A DNA stretch of 64,000 nt from a virus. Under the pieces are notes generated by a model, which did not search any database, had not been told where the DNA came from, and saw only the letters and a program-made list of their open reading frames with translations. Of the stretch, positions 1 through 11,294 are shown piece after piece (the stretch's first letter is position 1; each line of letters opens with the position of its first letter). Where the stretch lies: positions 32,001-96,000 of IMG/VR virus record IMGVR_UViG_3300028909_000017. The stretch is one strand, 5' to 3'. The translations under genes and the position numbers were made by a program.

Positions 1-320
1 TGGATCTGCCGCTGCATTTATAGATTTTAATATAATTTGGCCACCCGTTTTTGAAGGCAAAGTGAAGTTTCAAAGTCAAAAAAATTACGGTTCTGGAAAA
101 CCTGGTGGAAAAATATGCTTTAAAATAGGATAAGACTAAGATGCCAGCATCTACACCTTTCGGCTCCGCTGGCATCATTCACTACTGATCGCTATTTTTA
201 AGGTTTACATTTTTAATTTTGAAATAGTCAGGTCATGTCCTTTTTGCGCCGCCCAACGCTCGTTGGCCTCCGTATTGAAACTGCATCATCCGCCGCTCTA
301 TATAGATTTAAATTTCTAAA

Positions 321-643
321 TTACCTTAGATATGTTGCTCCGTATAAAGTAACGCTTATTCCCCATCCATAATCTTTATCAAAAATATTACCTCTCTTGT
401 GTTTAGCCGGTGCATTCCACCCTGCCGCTTTTAAATATCTCCATTTTCTTTGTTCACAAAACAATGAACCGACCGAGAGCCGGCTGAAATTCGGATGATC
501 TTATAAAATTTTCCTCCTTCGGTAAATTCAAATGTGGGAACCGATGAATTGTCAAAATGCTTTTCAAAATACAATGAGGTTTCGAGTTGAATCTTATCAA
601 TGAATCCACGAAGTTGTGTTGCTACCGTTTCATTGGCTTTCAT
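321..643 (-). CDS. Conserved phage hypothetical protein (GDILKAAGW.APAK.RGNIF type), split by a 1-nt homopolymer deletion near 432
   Basis: ATG at 643 follows the cassette RBS GAGGAG; adding one T after GAT ATT continues the frame as LKAAGWNAPAKHKRGNIFDKDYGWG...YLR* to 321. Confidence 0.6.
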
Positions 644-742
644 ATCTGATCTCCTCACTGAAATAATTATAGCAAATTGCAACCGATAATGCAACCGAAA
701 TAGTCAAAATAATCGATGTTGAAAACAAAGGACTTAATTTTC
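641..742 (-). promoter_or_regulatory. Early promoter + RBS cassette (copy A)
   Basis: Minus strand: TTGCA-type -35, extended -10 TGCTATAAT, then TATTTCAGTGAGGAGATCAGATATG; recurs near-identically at 6963, 9717, 9967, 13460, 27556, 28116. Confidence 0.75.
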
Positions 743-854
743 GATATAAGGGGTTGGGGTTAATTTGACATATTCAACCATGATCAGGGTATAATTGGGG
801 TGACATAGGGAATATTTGACTATTTTGGCTCTTTAATTTCAGTTATCTACAAAT

Positions 855-1156
855 GTGAACTACCACGACCTAAAGGACATGGTTTCCGAAGCCATATGGC
901 TTCATCTTTTATTCCTGCTTACTCGGAAGAAATATTTCTTCCTTCAATACATATCTGGAAATTAATTTCTTAATTTCCCCATTAGAGATATCTCCACAGG
1001 CGTGTGAGGAATTACAAGTAATCCCGTTAATTTCCGAAGTTCCTTCGGTATTTTGAAATTATAATTGAGTTTCTTGGTTATCAAAACTCAATAATATTTA
1101 CACAACTCGCTTATATTCACTAACTAAAGTTGGTGGTTTTACGCTCGTAAGTTGGA
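855..1156 (-). mobile_element. Non-autonomous IS200/IS605-family element with tnpB-type right end / omegaRNA scaffold (copy 1)
   Basis: Minus strand contains ACGCCTGTGGAGA...AGCAGGAA...CTTTAGGTCGTGGTAGTTCAC, typical of IS605 tnpB right ends; TTTAT precedes the left end; homologous to 53898-54139; no transposase or TnpB ORF. Confidence 0.7.
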
Positions 1157-1159
1157 ATA

Positions 1160-1186
1160 AAAGCCAGTCATATATGACTGGCTTTA
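1160..1186. terminator. Intrinsic terminator hairpin downstream of queD
   Basis: Perfect inverted repeat aaagccagtcat-at-atgactggcttt. Confidence 0.6.
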
Positions 1187-1226
1187 AATTTTAATACAAA
1201 AAGAAAATATATAGTTAATTATCTTC

Positions 1227-1751
1227 CTAGGAAAGTCGATATTCCGCGGCAGATGAGGGAGTTTCTTTTAAAACAACCGAATATAATTTCGCTTGATTGC
1301 CAGTTGCTTCTGAAATTTTAGGGTTCAGAATGTTAAAAAAATGTTTGGCTAATGATTCGGCCGTCGGATATTCATTAATAATGTATGTTTTTCCAAATGC
1401 GGTTTGCCCATTCCAAAAACTATTTTCATTAATGGTGCTAGAAATTTCTTCAATCCAATCGTAAAAAATATGATCCATTAATTTTTCGTCATATGCCATA
1501 TTAATAAATTTGTCGTCTTTTAACGATAAAATTAATGCATGATCACAAAATGCATCGATATTTTGCATCATTATTTCTTTTAAAAATCCATAGTCAAATA
1601 CCATTTGAGACTGTGGACCCGATTCAAATAGATCCCCAGATAAATAAACTGTCATTGAATATCGATGTCCATGCAGATTTCGACATTTACTTTCATGCAA
1701 TGGAACACGATGTGCAGAATCAAATTCAATAGTTTTACTAATTATATTCAT
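1227..1751 (-). CDS. queD: 6-carboxytetrahydropterin synthase QueD (7-deazaguanine pathway)
   Basis: FDSAHR..H.SKC.NLHGHRY, DH and PTAE motifs, C-terminal ETPSS. Confidence 0.9.
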   Translation of the reverse strand: MNIISKTIEFDSAHRVPLHESKCRNLHGHRYSMTVYLSGDLFESGPQSQMVFDYGFLKEIMMQNIDAFCDHALILSLKDDKFINMAYDEKLMDHIFYDWIEEISSTINENSFWNGQTAFGKTYIINEYPTAESLAKHFFNILNPKISEATGNQAKLYSVVLKETPSSAAEYRLS

Positions 1752-2180
1752 TAAAACTCCTTGTATTAATTATAGCATATTAAAGGAATAAACTGTCAAT
1801 TCTCATTCCGCATAAATTATTATTTCGATCATCAAGAAATATAACCTCAGATTCATTTTCAAAAATAAGTCTTTTATTTCGTTGATGTATAATTTTAAGA
1901 TTTGCATTGTTGATAATATCCTCATATATCTGGAAATTATTTACAATGATTATTGTTTGTTTATATTTTTCAATTTCATTAATAATATCAGAAATTTTCC
2001 ATTCACCGGGATACCATATATTATTATAATCAGACATTAATCGAGCGTATTGGTTACTTATTTGCTGTTTAATTCGAGATTCAATTATATTTAGATTTTC
2101 ATCATCCCATTCTTCCGGATGTGAAAATGGATTTAACATTTTAAGCAAAATACCTATTTCGATAGAATCTAAATTTATTA

Positions 2181-2753
2181 TCATCCGCGAATTCTCCGAA
2201 GCATCTCAATGTGAAGTTTTGCGAGTGACCACGCATCATATAATGCATTATGCGGTGTTCCTTCAAATGGAACATTAAGGTATTTTAATGCTTTTGACAA
2301 AGTTAATTTTGGTTTAATTGCATAGGTACTTCTGAAAATAACACCCAAATCCCAAATTCCAGTTGAACCCCATGGATTATCACATTTATATAAATTACAA
2401 TGTTCTACGATTGGATCATTATCTGATCCCCAAGCAAATGTAACTTTATTTCGGGGGCTAAACTCATTTCGGATGGTATTCATTACGTCCGGAAATCGCC
2501 GCCCATCTTTAATAAGTAATTCTTTAGTAATTTTTGTTAAATTAGTACAATATTCACTGACTTCAAAATTTTTATTTTCTGGCCGTATATAATAATTAGC
2601 GGTTCTAGAAACGGTAAGTGAAATCGTGTCGATTTCAACCAAACCGATTTGGGTAATATGTTTGGTTTGATTTGCTGGACATTCGCCATTCGGCCAACAT
2701 AACATTTCTAAATCAATATATGCAATTTTTTGTGATGTTAAATTTTGAGACAT
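2181..2753 (-). CDS. DEDDh 3'-5' exonuclease (ERI1/KapD-like)
   Basis: IDLEM ExoI motif, WG..D, H.ALYDA ExoIII motif. Confidence 0.85.
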   Translation of the reverse strand: MSQNLTSQKIAYIDLEMLCWPNGECPANQTKHITQIGLVEIDTISLTVSRTANYYIRPENKNFEVSEYCTNLTKITKELLIKDGRRFPDVMNTIRNEFSPRNKVTFAWGSDNDPIVEHCNLYKCDNPWGSTGIWDLGVIFRSTYAIKPKLTLSKALKYLNVPFEGTPHNALYDAWSLAKLHIEMLRRIRG

Positions 2754-2766
2754 TTCTTTTTCTTTC

Positions 2767-4156
2767 TTAAAGACTTAATTTTTTAATTAGTAAGGCATCA
2801 TTTGCTTCTTGTTCGGTATCATATCGACCTTTAATATTAAACCATAGTCCAGAAATATTAACCTGAATTATGAATAAATTTTTTGAGGTACGATGCACTC
2901 GAGAATTGTTTTCAATAAGCAATTTATCGGATATATATAATGTAATAATTTTTTCATAATGATAATTTTTTGATTAGTAAGGCATCATTTGCTTCTTGTT
3001 CGGTATCATATCTATCTCTTAGCCACCACCATTCTTCACCAAATTGTACCTGAATTCCAAACAAATTACCTTTCGATGGATAAATTCTGGTCGTATGATT
3101 GAGAATTGCTCCATCCACCATATACCACTCCAACCTAGTTTTAATGGTTTTCATAATTATTCCGATAATTTTAAAATCAATAAATAATCTTCTGCTTCTT
3201 TTCGGAAATTAAACGGTTTATCTACATATGTAAACCATCCGACTCTGAGAATATTTTTTATGCTGAAATAATGACGCCGCTCTTCAATTAAATATTCTTT
3301 ATAGAATTAATTCGAAGTCCAGATTTATCAATCATGTTCTTCACTCTTCTAATTTCAAAATTAATAGGTCATCTTCGGCTGATCGGAGGGTTTTTATATC
3401 GTTTATTCTTGTAAATCCATGCATATGCAACTTGATTTGTTCCAGCCGGGTGGTATAAAATCCTGAATTTAATAGACCATCAATTATTACCATACTGTTC
3501 TATTTTATATTCTTTATTAGTCCTAACATTCATTCTGATAATCTCGAAATCAATAAATAATCTTCTGCTTCCCTTTTTGTTGAAAAGGTTGGAACTAATA
3601 TTGATCCAATCGGCCATAACCAATACCATGTCGGTATATAATGTAACTCATCGATTGAATCTTTGAATTGAACCCCCCAACATTTTCCTAATGGGTGGAT
3701 TCTATATTTAATCATTTTTGAACAGTTTTACTTTTCTTGGGAATATAGGTAACAAGAAAAGTAAAACTGCCGTCCTTATTTCTGGTATAATTCAACACAC
3801 CTTTAATTTTTTGGGTATGCAATTCATCGATAAAATCGAGCGCAGCAATAGTAGAAGTAAACTCAGAAATTTTTTCTTTCATTGTGATACCTTTCTTATT
3901 TGGATGATTATGAAATTAATTTTTCGATTAAAATAGCAGCCTCGGCTTCTTCGCGAGACGAGAATATTTCAAATGAAGTAGAATGTAATGTTCTTGCAAA
4001 TAGTGTATCCCAATGTTTTACTTCGACTAATACACCGTTCGGAATAATAGACATATCATCTATAATTTCAAATGTTCGAACATATTTTGGGTTGACAATG
4101 TACGATAGCTTACCCATTATTGATATGCTTTCTTTTCCGGTAAGCCAACCAACCAT
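2767..4156 (-). repeat. Tandem array of ~6 short paralogous ORFs ending (E/S)A(E/N)..LLI.(K/R)L..
   Basis: C-termini EANDALLIKKLSL (x2, ~38 nt identical at 2788-2825 and 2975-3012), EAEDYLLILKLSE, SAEDDLLILKLEE, EAEDYLLISRLSE, EAEAAILIEKLIS. Confidence 0.75.
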
Positions 4157-4467
4157 TCAATATTGATTTTGCGAATCTTTTCGGTTGGTTCACCTTCATC
4201 GAGTAATCCATTCCAAATAACAGCAAATTCACGGGTGGGTTTTTCGGGTGCATCTGTAACTAAAAATTGATCGGTTGAATAATCAAAAACATCAAACGAG
4301 TCAATTGGCGCAGAATCATTATGTGCCGGCATTACAATAACGTGGTGACCAGCAATTCGAATCTTTTCGTCAACTTCATTTTTTAATTCATTCATCCAAT
4401 TTGACATATTATCCTGCTTTCTGAACTATATAGTTCATTATCAGTTTAACATTATTTATACAATTTG

Positions 4468-4662
4468 TCAACGTGTAATTGAAGGTGACCAACCTAATCT
4501 TAAATTAAATCGTTGTACGGCTTTTTGCTTATGAAGATCGATTAATTCGACAGTATAAAAATCATCAACAATATCGCGTATTCGACCACGATAAAGAGAA
4601 TTACCTTCCTCAATTGAATGAACAGTGACAGCCGAACCGATTGAAAAGAATTCTTGTTTCAT
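4468..4662 (-). CDS. Small hypothetical protein, paralog of 4741-5097
   Basis: GSAVTVHS...YRGRIR vs GTKVTVHS...FRGIIR. Confidence 0.5.
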   Translation of the reverse strand: MKQEFFSIGSAVTVHSIEEGNSLYRGRIRDIVDDFYTVELIDLHKQKAVQRFNLRLGWSPSITR

Positions 4663-4740
4663 GGTGATCCTTTGTATGCTCGTTAATTATCGTTTGGATG
4701 CAAGTATCGACAGTATTTCTTCTGCATTTTTTACAAGATT

Positions 4741-5097
4741 TTAATTTTTGCATACACGATCACCAATTTTATAAATGCCGCCACTGCTTTTGCTTCCCGT
4801 AGCAAGATTATTTAATTCACAATTTGATTGATTTAGGGCAGCGCTCATTTCTTGAATTAGCCTAATAGTCTTTTCATTATCATCCAACTTTAACGGCCAA
4901 CCAACTTCGATGCAAGCAGCGGGAATTGTATAGGTATTATATGTAGAATTTTTGACAAATGTATCAACCATTTCTACAATGTAAATTGTAACGACATCTT
5001 TAACAGAAATTCCACGAATAATTCCACGAAATTCTCCGGGTGTTTCCAGCCCAAGTGAATGCACGGTTACCTTTGTACCAAATTCAAGATATTTCAT
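4741..5097 (-). CDS. Hypothetical protein, paralog of 4468-4662
   Basis: Shared N-terminal beta-rich motif; RBS GAGGAG upstream. Confidence 0.55.
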   Translation of the reverse strand: MKYLEFGTKVTVHSLGLETPGEFRGIIRGISVKDVVTIYIVEMVDTFVKNSTYNTYTIPAACIEVGWPLKLDDNEKTIRLIQEMSAALNQSNCELNNLATGSKSSGGIYKIGDRVCKN

Positions 5098-5356
5098 TTA
5101 TCTCCTCTTTCGATTTCATACATTTGAGAATTCCGAGGTCCATTATTGTTCTTTGATCAAAATTGCATTTTTACGTATCACAATTCCGAACAGTGTTTGC
5201 TATAATTGCCCCCAAACCGATAAACCAACCACGATCAGTATAAATAATAGCAGGATCGTTTGGATGTGCAATGGCCCCATAGATAACCGTAATTCCCATT
5301 AAGATAAGAGCCATTGCCAATGATTTTAATGCCAAGTCAAATTGCTTCTTCATGGA

Positions 5357-6682
5357 TTACCTTTCAAACCAAATTTTAATTTGCACAAGAGCAACGGCCT
5401 GTTCTTTTGTTGTTATTACTCCATCGAGCTGAGCCGTTTCTACAGCTTCCAACAAAATTTTAAAATTGGGACCTGGCTTCATTCCCATTTCAATTAGATC
5501 ATTACCAGTGAGCAATCTTTCGGGTCTCAATTCTTCCGGGGCCATACTTTCCAGAAAATTTTTGCAAAAATCATGATCGGTCAAATTGCCATTGCTGCCG
5601 AGACTGTCAAATTTATTAAGTTCAAGCAATTCACTAAAGTTGTCTGAACGAACAAATCTTTTCAATTTCGAAACATTCATGTGCGACGTATTAAAAAATC
5701 GCATATGGTTTGCAACCAGATCCGTCACGGTATCGACAACTTCGTTTGAAAATCGAAGATCGCGTAATGTATTTTTGGTCATCTTTGCTCCAACATGTTC
5801 ATGACCAAAAAATTGATTATGTCCAGTTGACGGATTACGCTTTGCTGTTACAGGCTTTCCCACGTCGTGAAAAAGTACGCCAAGCGCGAGGGTCAGAGAA
5901 CAATTGGGCTTCAAAAAGGAAAGCATTTTCAATGTATGATTCCACACATTTCCTTCCGGGTGCCATTTTTCATTCTGATCTACACCACGCATCCTGCAAA
6001 AATCAGGCAAAACATACTGAAGAATACCGGTTTCATCGAACAATTTAAATGCAACATCAACATTACCTCCAGTAAGAATCTTGCTTAATTCACCAGCGAT
6101 ACGATCGGCGGGCAATGTTTTAACGGACGATGCAAATTCTGTAATTGCGGCTTTTGTTTCTGATTCGATTGTAAATCCCAATCGAGCAGCGAATCGTACT
6201 GCCCGAAGCAAACGCAATGCATCTTCTTTGAAACGATTCTTTGGATTCCCTACCGTTCTTACTACCTTGTTATTGAGATCATCCAATCCGCCAACAAAAT
6301 CAAATACCTTGCCATTTTTATCCATAAGCAAAGCATTGATTGAAAAATCGCGTCTCAAAACATCTTCTTTGGGATCGTTGGTAAATTTTACGGAATCTGG
6401 ACGGCGTGAGTCAGAATAACTGCCATCTAACCGAAATGTCGCAGTTTCGAATTCATCACCATTCATTTTTACGAGTGATACACCAAAATTCTCCCCAACA
6501 AATTTTGATCCAGGGAAAATTTTAGCAACCTGATCGGGAGTAGCGGAGGTCGTGATGTCGTAATCATGCACCGGCAGATCGAGCAATGTATCTCGTACAC
6601 CCCCGCCAGCCAAGAAAGAGGTAAATCCTTCATTTTCAAGAATTTGCATTACTTTCATCGCATTGTTTTTGGTTGTCATCAT
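5357..6682 (-). CDS. cca: CCA-adding tRNA nucleotidyltransferase with HD domain
   Basis: GG.VRD.LL....DYDI, RRDFSINA, F.EDALRLLRAVRF, HPEG.VW.HT and HDVGKP motifs; several phage tRNAs here lack an encoded CCA. Confidence 0.92.
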   Translation of the reverse strand: MMTTKNNAMKVMQILENEGFTSFLAGGGVRDTLLDLPVHDYDITTSATPDQVAKIFPGSKFVGENFGVSLVKMNGDEFETATFRLDGSYSDSRRPDSVKFTNDPKEDVLRRDFSINALLMDKNGKVFDFVGGLDDLNNKVVRTVGNPKNRFKEDALRLLRAVRFAARLGFTIESETKAAITEFASSVKTLPADRIAGELSKILTGGNVDVAFKLFDETGILQYVLPDFCRMRGVDQNEKWHPEGNVWNHTLKMLSFLKPNCSLTLALGVLFHDVGKPVTAKRNPSTGHNQFFGHEHVGAKMTKNTLRDLRFSNEVVDTVTDLVANHMRFFNTSHMNVSKLKRFVRSDNFSELLELNKFDSLGSNGNLTDHDFCKNFLESMAPEELRPERLLTGNDLIEMGMKPGPNFKILLEAVETAQLDGVITTKEQAVALVQIKIWFER

Positions 6683-6962
6683 TCCCTCACTCACAAATAT
6701 AGTATAGCAATTTTTGGTTTAATTGTCAACCGATTTAATTATTTTTCTCTACGGTACTGAGATAGAACACACTTCCGAACCCGCGTTCAGAATCGTGCTC
6801 AGTCGTTTGCCGGGTGATTTTAACAAGTCCTTTGTCTAACAAATTATTACGTGCATTAACGAGCCGCCCTCCAAAAGGACGTCTTTTAATGATCCCGTGC
6901 TCAATGTTTGCGTAGCCTTTCTTTTCAATTTCATCCATAATCATCTGTTCTGTCTTATTAAT

Positions 6963-7062
6963 CATTACCTTTACCTCATTGAAATAATTATAGCAAAGTT
7001 CGGTACATATTGCAACCGAAAAAGTCAAAATAATTATTGTTGAAAACAAAGGACTTAATTTT
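6963..7062 (-). promoter_or_regulatory. Early promoter + RBS cassette (copy B)
   Basis: GGTTGCAA...TTTGCTATAATTATTTCAATGAGG, with the GTTGAAAACAAAGGACTTA site upstream. Confidence 0.7.
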
Positions 7063-7178
7063 CCATTTACGGGGATTATTTTAGCTTGGCATGGTTATAT
7101 ATGGTTGAATGGTTGCTAGGGCAATGTCGGGCAAATTCATTGTTAATGCGGTAATTAAGTCCTTTGTTTTCAATAAAT

Positions 7179-7701
7179 CACTGTGATAATTTATAGATCA
7201 TCATTTGTTCACGAGGCAATAATACTGAAGCGCTTGAATAAATTGTAGATTTTATTCGGCCGAATTTATTTTTACAGTCATTGTCTTTTCGGTAAATTTA
7301 ATCACTTCACCGATTTGCATTTCATTACAACTTGTAAATGCGATCCAATCTCCTAAATAAATTGGACTGCCGATAATATCCAGCATGAATGTTATTACGG
7401 GTTTCGGTGGGGTTGCAACTCGCTTCTTTTTTGCATCGATTCGATCAAGTTTGATGGCCGATTTAATTTCTGATAAAATCGGATCAGATGCATCAACTAC
7501 CATATATAAATCGGATGTTGACCGTGCCCGGCGACTGTAAACAATACCTAAATTATCTTGACTATTTTTAAAATCGCCGGCACCCGCTTTGGAATATCCG
7601 TATTTAGATAAAATCTTGGAAATTCTATCGGTGCCATTTATATTACTACTAATGACAAATTTATAAGCAAGTTTTCTTTCTTCGGTTTCACATATACTCA
7701 A
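7179..7701 (-). CDS. Hypothetical protein, paralogous C-terminus with 8065-8838; frameshifted near 7270
   Basis: D..G..(I/L)..G....F motif shared with 8065; one added A extends the frame to ...EQMMIYKLSQ*. Confidence 0.5.
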
Positions 7702-8064
7702 AATATATCCGGCATATTCTTGATTACATATCGGACATGATTTTGCCTGATTATAATTTGAATAAGAATAATCTTGGTATAATTTTGATGTATAAAAATG
7801 TTTATTTTTTGCAATATGCTAGAACATATATGCTCATTCATCCTCCCAAAATCCTTGTCTTTCATCAGTAAATCTTCGATTAATATATTTGATAATTTGT
7901 GCATGGGTTCTTGCCAGTGAACGAATCTTTCTTCGTTCGTGTTGATTTGACAATTTAGAAAATTCCAATAACGCCAAATATGCACGTGAATTTTTGGGAA
8001 AACTCCATTTTTGTGCGAGTTGATTTGCCAGAGTGTTTTTCATAATTTACCTCTTAGAGGAAAG

Positions 8065-8838
8065 TTATCCTAATGAAAGTTTATGTATCATCAATTGATT
8101 TTCATCCAGCACGACAATTTGGGATGAAGTAATGTTATATTTAATACATTGATTATTGGGGTTGCAATGCTCAATTTGAACAGTTTTGTTGGAAAATTTT
8201 AAAATTTTTCCATACCGTAAATAACCATATGCAACAAATCCGACATATTGACCCACGTGTAATTCCTTACCAATAAAATCACTGAACGTATTGATAATTT
8301 TGGGTTTTTTGGTAATGTTTGATTGCTGCTTTCGTATATTTGATAGCAAGCCAGCCATATCTTTTAATAATTTTGTATTATCCGATACGATAATCATTTT
8401 GATGGTTTTGTTTTTGGAATTAGGTATGAAGAAACAGAATTCATTGTCGTTTTGAAATGCAATTTCATAACCTTTACGGCTTTCATTAAGAACAAACCCA
8501 TATGAATTAATCAATTGGATGATTGAATTATTTGAAAATGATTTAATATATTTCATCGAGTCATGCGGTATATGGTCTGTAAATAAATTTACAGAAAATG
8601 TTTTGCAATTTATGGACGCCGAAGTATTTTTACGCAGGTCAACATAGTCAATTATCCAATCAGAAGTCGAATAGCCGAGTCTAATACAATCTGGGCAATT
8701 TCGGTCATACTTTAATTGAGCCAATCCCAGCCGTTCGATCCGTTCCTGATTGCAGACAAAATAATGATTATGACCGCACTTAGCCAATATCGGTTTAATA
8801 GTCAATATCGGTTTAAATGTACTATCAACATTTCCCAT
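8065..8838 (-). CDS. Hypothetical protein with N-terminal Cys/His motif
   Basis: 257-aa ORF, CGH...C and CPDC, ends LMIHKLSLG. Confidence 0.6.
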   Translation of the reverse strand: MGNVDSTFKPILTIKPILAKCGHNHYFVCNQERIERLGLAQLKYDRNCPDCIRLGYSTSDWIIDYVDLRKNTSASINCKTFSVNLFTDHIPHDSMKYIKSFSNNSIIQLINSYGFVLNESRKGYEIAFQNDNEFCFFIPNSKNKTIKMIIVSDNTKLLKDMAGLLSNIRKQQSNITKKPKIINTFSDFIGKELHVGQYVGFVAYGYLRYGKILKFSNKTVQIEHCNPNNQCIKYNITSSQIVVLDENQLMIHKLSLG

Positions 8839-9716
8839 AAATTATCCTCCAGAAATTAAAAATCAGTGAATAGCCGAATATATCCAAAAGTTATCGTGGG
8901 ACGCAATAAAGTCGAATTTTTCCGTACGAATTTTTGATTTTAATTCCGAGAGTTTCCGCATATTGATCCAATTGATTAATATTTTGCACATTCGGCATAT
9001 AATTGATCGGACGATTTACGGCAACTGTGATGTGCGTTTTTCGATAATTAACAAACACTTCGGAATGAGGAAAGGCATCCATTGCTCGAGTGGAAATATT
9101 TTCGGCCAGACGAATCCTATCACGGCCATAAAGAGGACGATATTTTTCGTCGTCTGATTTCAACTGAATCATTGCATATACGGCTGAAGTTCGATTTACG
9201 CGCTCATCTGTTGAAACTTTCTGCATACTAACCCTTTCCATCTGAGATCATTATTAGATTGTTGCTTCCCGTACTAATTCAGTTTACGATGTAATTAAAT
9301 TTGAACATCGTACTGTGCAAGCTCCTCTTTAACCTTCTCGTAAGGATACGCACCCGCAATCGATAGAAATACATTGTCAATTACCCTGTTTGGTACACCA
9401 TGTTTCTTTAGGTCACGGCCAAACCTCCAGCTAAAAAATCGAAATCGTAGCGATTTAAAATTTCTCTTAAGCCAATTCCAATTCATTTAATCACCTTTTC
9501 TCAACAACATAATCAGTATAGCAAATATCGGTTTGAGAGTCAACTTATTTCGGGAAAAAGATCAACCTGATTAACGACAATGTCAATGAAGTTAGGCTTA
9601 AATCCAAAAGAATCTTCTAGTTGAGAAAGTTCATCATTTGACGGGTCATGATCAAAAGCTCTTAAAAATGTTGACCCGTCATAACCTTCGTCTTCAAATG
9701 CCAGCCAAATTTTTTG

Positions 9717-9790
9717 CATATCTGATTTCCTCACTGAAATAATTATAGCAAAGTTCGGTTAATATTGCAACCTAAAATTGAATTTTTTTG
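9717..9790 (-). promoter_or_regulatory. Early promoter + RBS cassette (copy C)
   Basis: Near-identical ~70-bp direct repeat of 9967-10039. Confidence 0.75.
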
Positions 9791-9966
9791 ATGCGAATTT
9801 GAGGTTCATTGAGGGAATTGATGAATGCAGTGATCTGATAGGTATTATCATCCGCAAAAATATTAACGTGTTCGCAATCACCCGCCCGAACGATCGCTAA
9901 ATTTTGGACTGATTCGACTGTAATTGCTTCAATTGAATTAATACTTTCTCCGATTAGCAACTTTTT

Positions 9967-10100
9967 CATATCTGAGTTCCTCACTGAAATAATTATAGCA
10001 ACGTTCGGTTAATATTGCAACCTAAAATTGAATTTTTTGCAATAAATAAGTCCTTTGTTTTCAACAAAATTAATAATTGTTGAAAACAAAGGACTTAATT
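9967..10100 (-). promoter_or_regulatory. Early promoter + RBS cassette (copy D) with palindromic AAGTCCTTTGTTTTCAAC site pair
   Basis: Cassette followed by taagtcctttgttttcaaca-N-tgttgaaaacaaaggactta inverted repeat (10047-10097). Confidence 0.75.
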
Positions 10101-10673
10101 TTCTATTTTAGAGTATATTTTTAGATATGTATATAATAGTATAGCCGAGTGTTTATTGGGGTTATACCGAGCATTTTGTTAAAAATTACCCTTTTGCTTT
10201 CAACAGTTTAATTATTCGTTTTCCTCGGTCTCTTCCTCATAATCTGCATGAATAAGATCCCGATATGATGGTTTATAACGAAGAGCCCGATCTTTCTTTG
10301 GGGTAATTGCAAATGACGCCTTGGGAGTTCCGATTCGATCTCGGGCGTTCGATTTGACAGCGCTTACTTTACTGAAAACATCCTTCTTTTTTCGTGTCAT
10401 TATCGACCCCTTCCCATTTGTCTCTTAATTTTTGCAGCCATACACATTGCCCAAAGTCCGCCAAAATATTCCAATGAGTGATTAAATCGTTCCTCTGGAG
10501 TGGCCGTTAGCATAAAGTGAATACGCCAGAGAACAATAAACAGCATGAATAAACAGAGGCCGGTGCATCCCAATAATGTTCCACCAATCAAAACCCACAT
10601 TACAAAATCAATCATGCAAACTCCATTTCCTAATCACAAATATAGTATAGCAAAGGTCGAACCGAATGTCAAC

Positions 10674-11285
10674 CTAAATTTCTGTTGTCTCTAACTCGTT
10701 GAGACATTGGAACTTGGTTCCATTAATTTCTTCAGTCAGAGATAAATGATAGTGGCCACAGAACCAATATTTGGGTTGGAATTGATCGAACATTGCTGAT
10801 AATGCTTGACCGGTTCGGGTGGGATGTAGATTGGCTGATCCGTCAATTGAATAAATGGATAATAGTTTTTTGGCAAATACCGAACACACATCATGTGTTA
10901 TCATGATTTCTGGTTTAAAATCTAAATATTGCTCCATGACTGTATCAAGTTCGGGTAGAGATAATTCTTCATCTCTCCACCATGACAGTCCTTCCCGTCG
11001 ATATTTATAATCTATCGACCAAGCACCGCCCATCCAAAATACTTTCCTATCTTCGATGATTTTACTTCCGTAATCACCCATATAATTGGGATGAATTTTA
11101 CAGACAGCAGGATTATCGTGATTCCCACGGAAAAATAATGCATTGGGTGGAAAAGTAGGAACGGTCGATTCACCGTGAAATCCAAGTCCAAAATCTCCGA
11201 TTTGAACTATTAATTTATCCGAATTTGTTACGGCTATTTTTTTAAATTCTTTAAATTTTCCATGAGTGTCGCCGCAAATTAGCAT
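10674..11285 (-). CDS. Calcineurin-like metallophosphoesterase
   Basis: GDTHG, GDFG, RGNHD, ITHD and GHYH motifs. Confidence 0.88.
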   Translation of the reverse strand: MLICGDTHGKFKEFKKIAVTNSDKLIVQIGDFGLGFHGESTVPTFPPNALFFRGNHDNPAVCKIHPNYMGDYGSKIIEDRKVFWMGGAWSIDYKYRREGLSWWRDEELSLPELDTVMEQYLDFKPEIMITHDVCSVFAKKLLSIYSIDGSANLHPTRTGQALSAMFDQFQPKYWFCGHYHLSLTEEINGTKFQCLNELETTEI

Positions 11286-11294
11286 AGGACTCCT

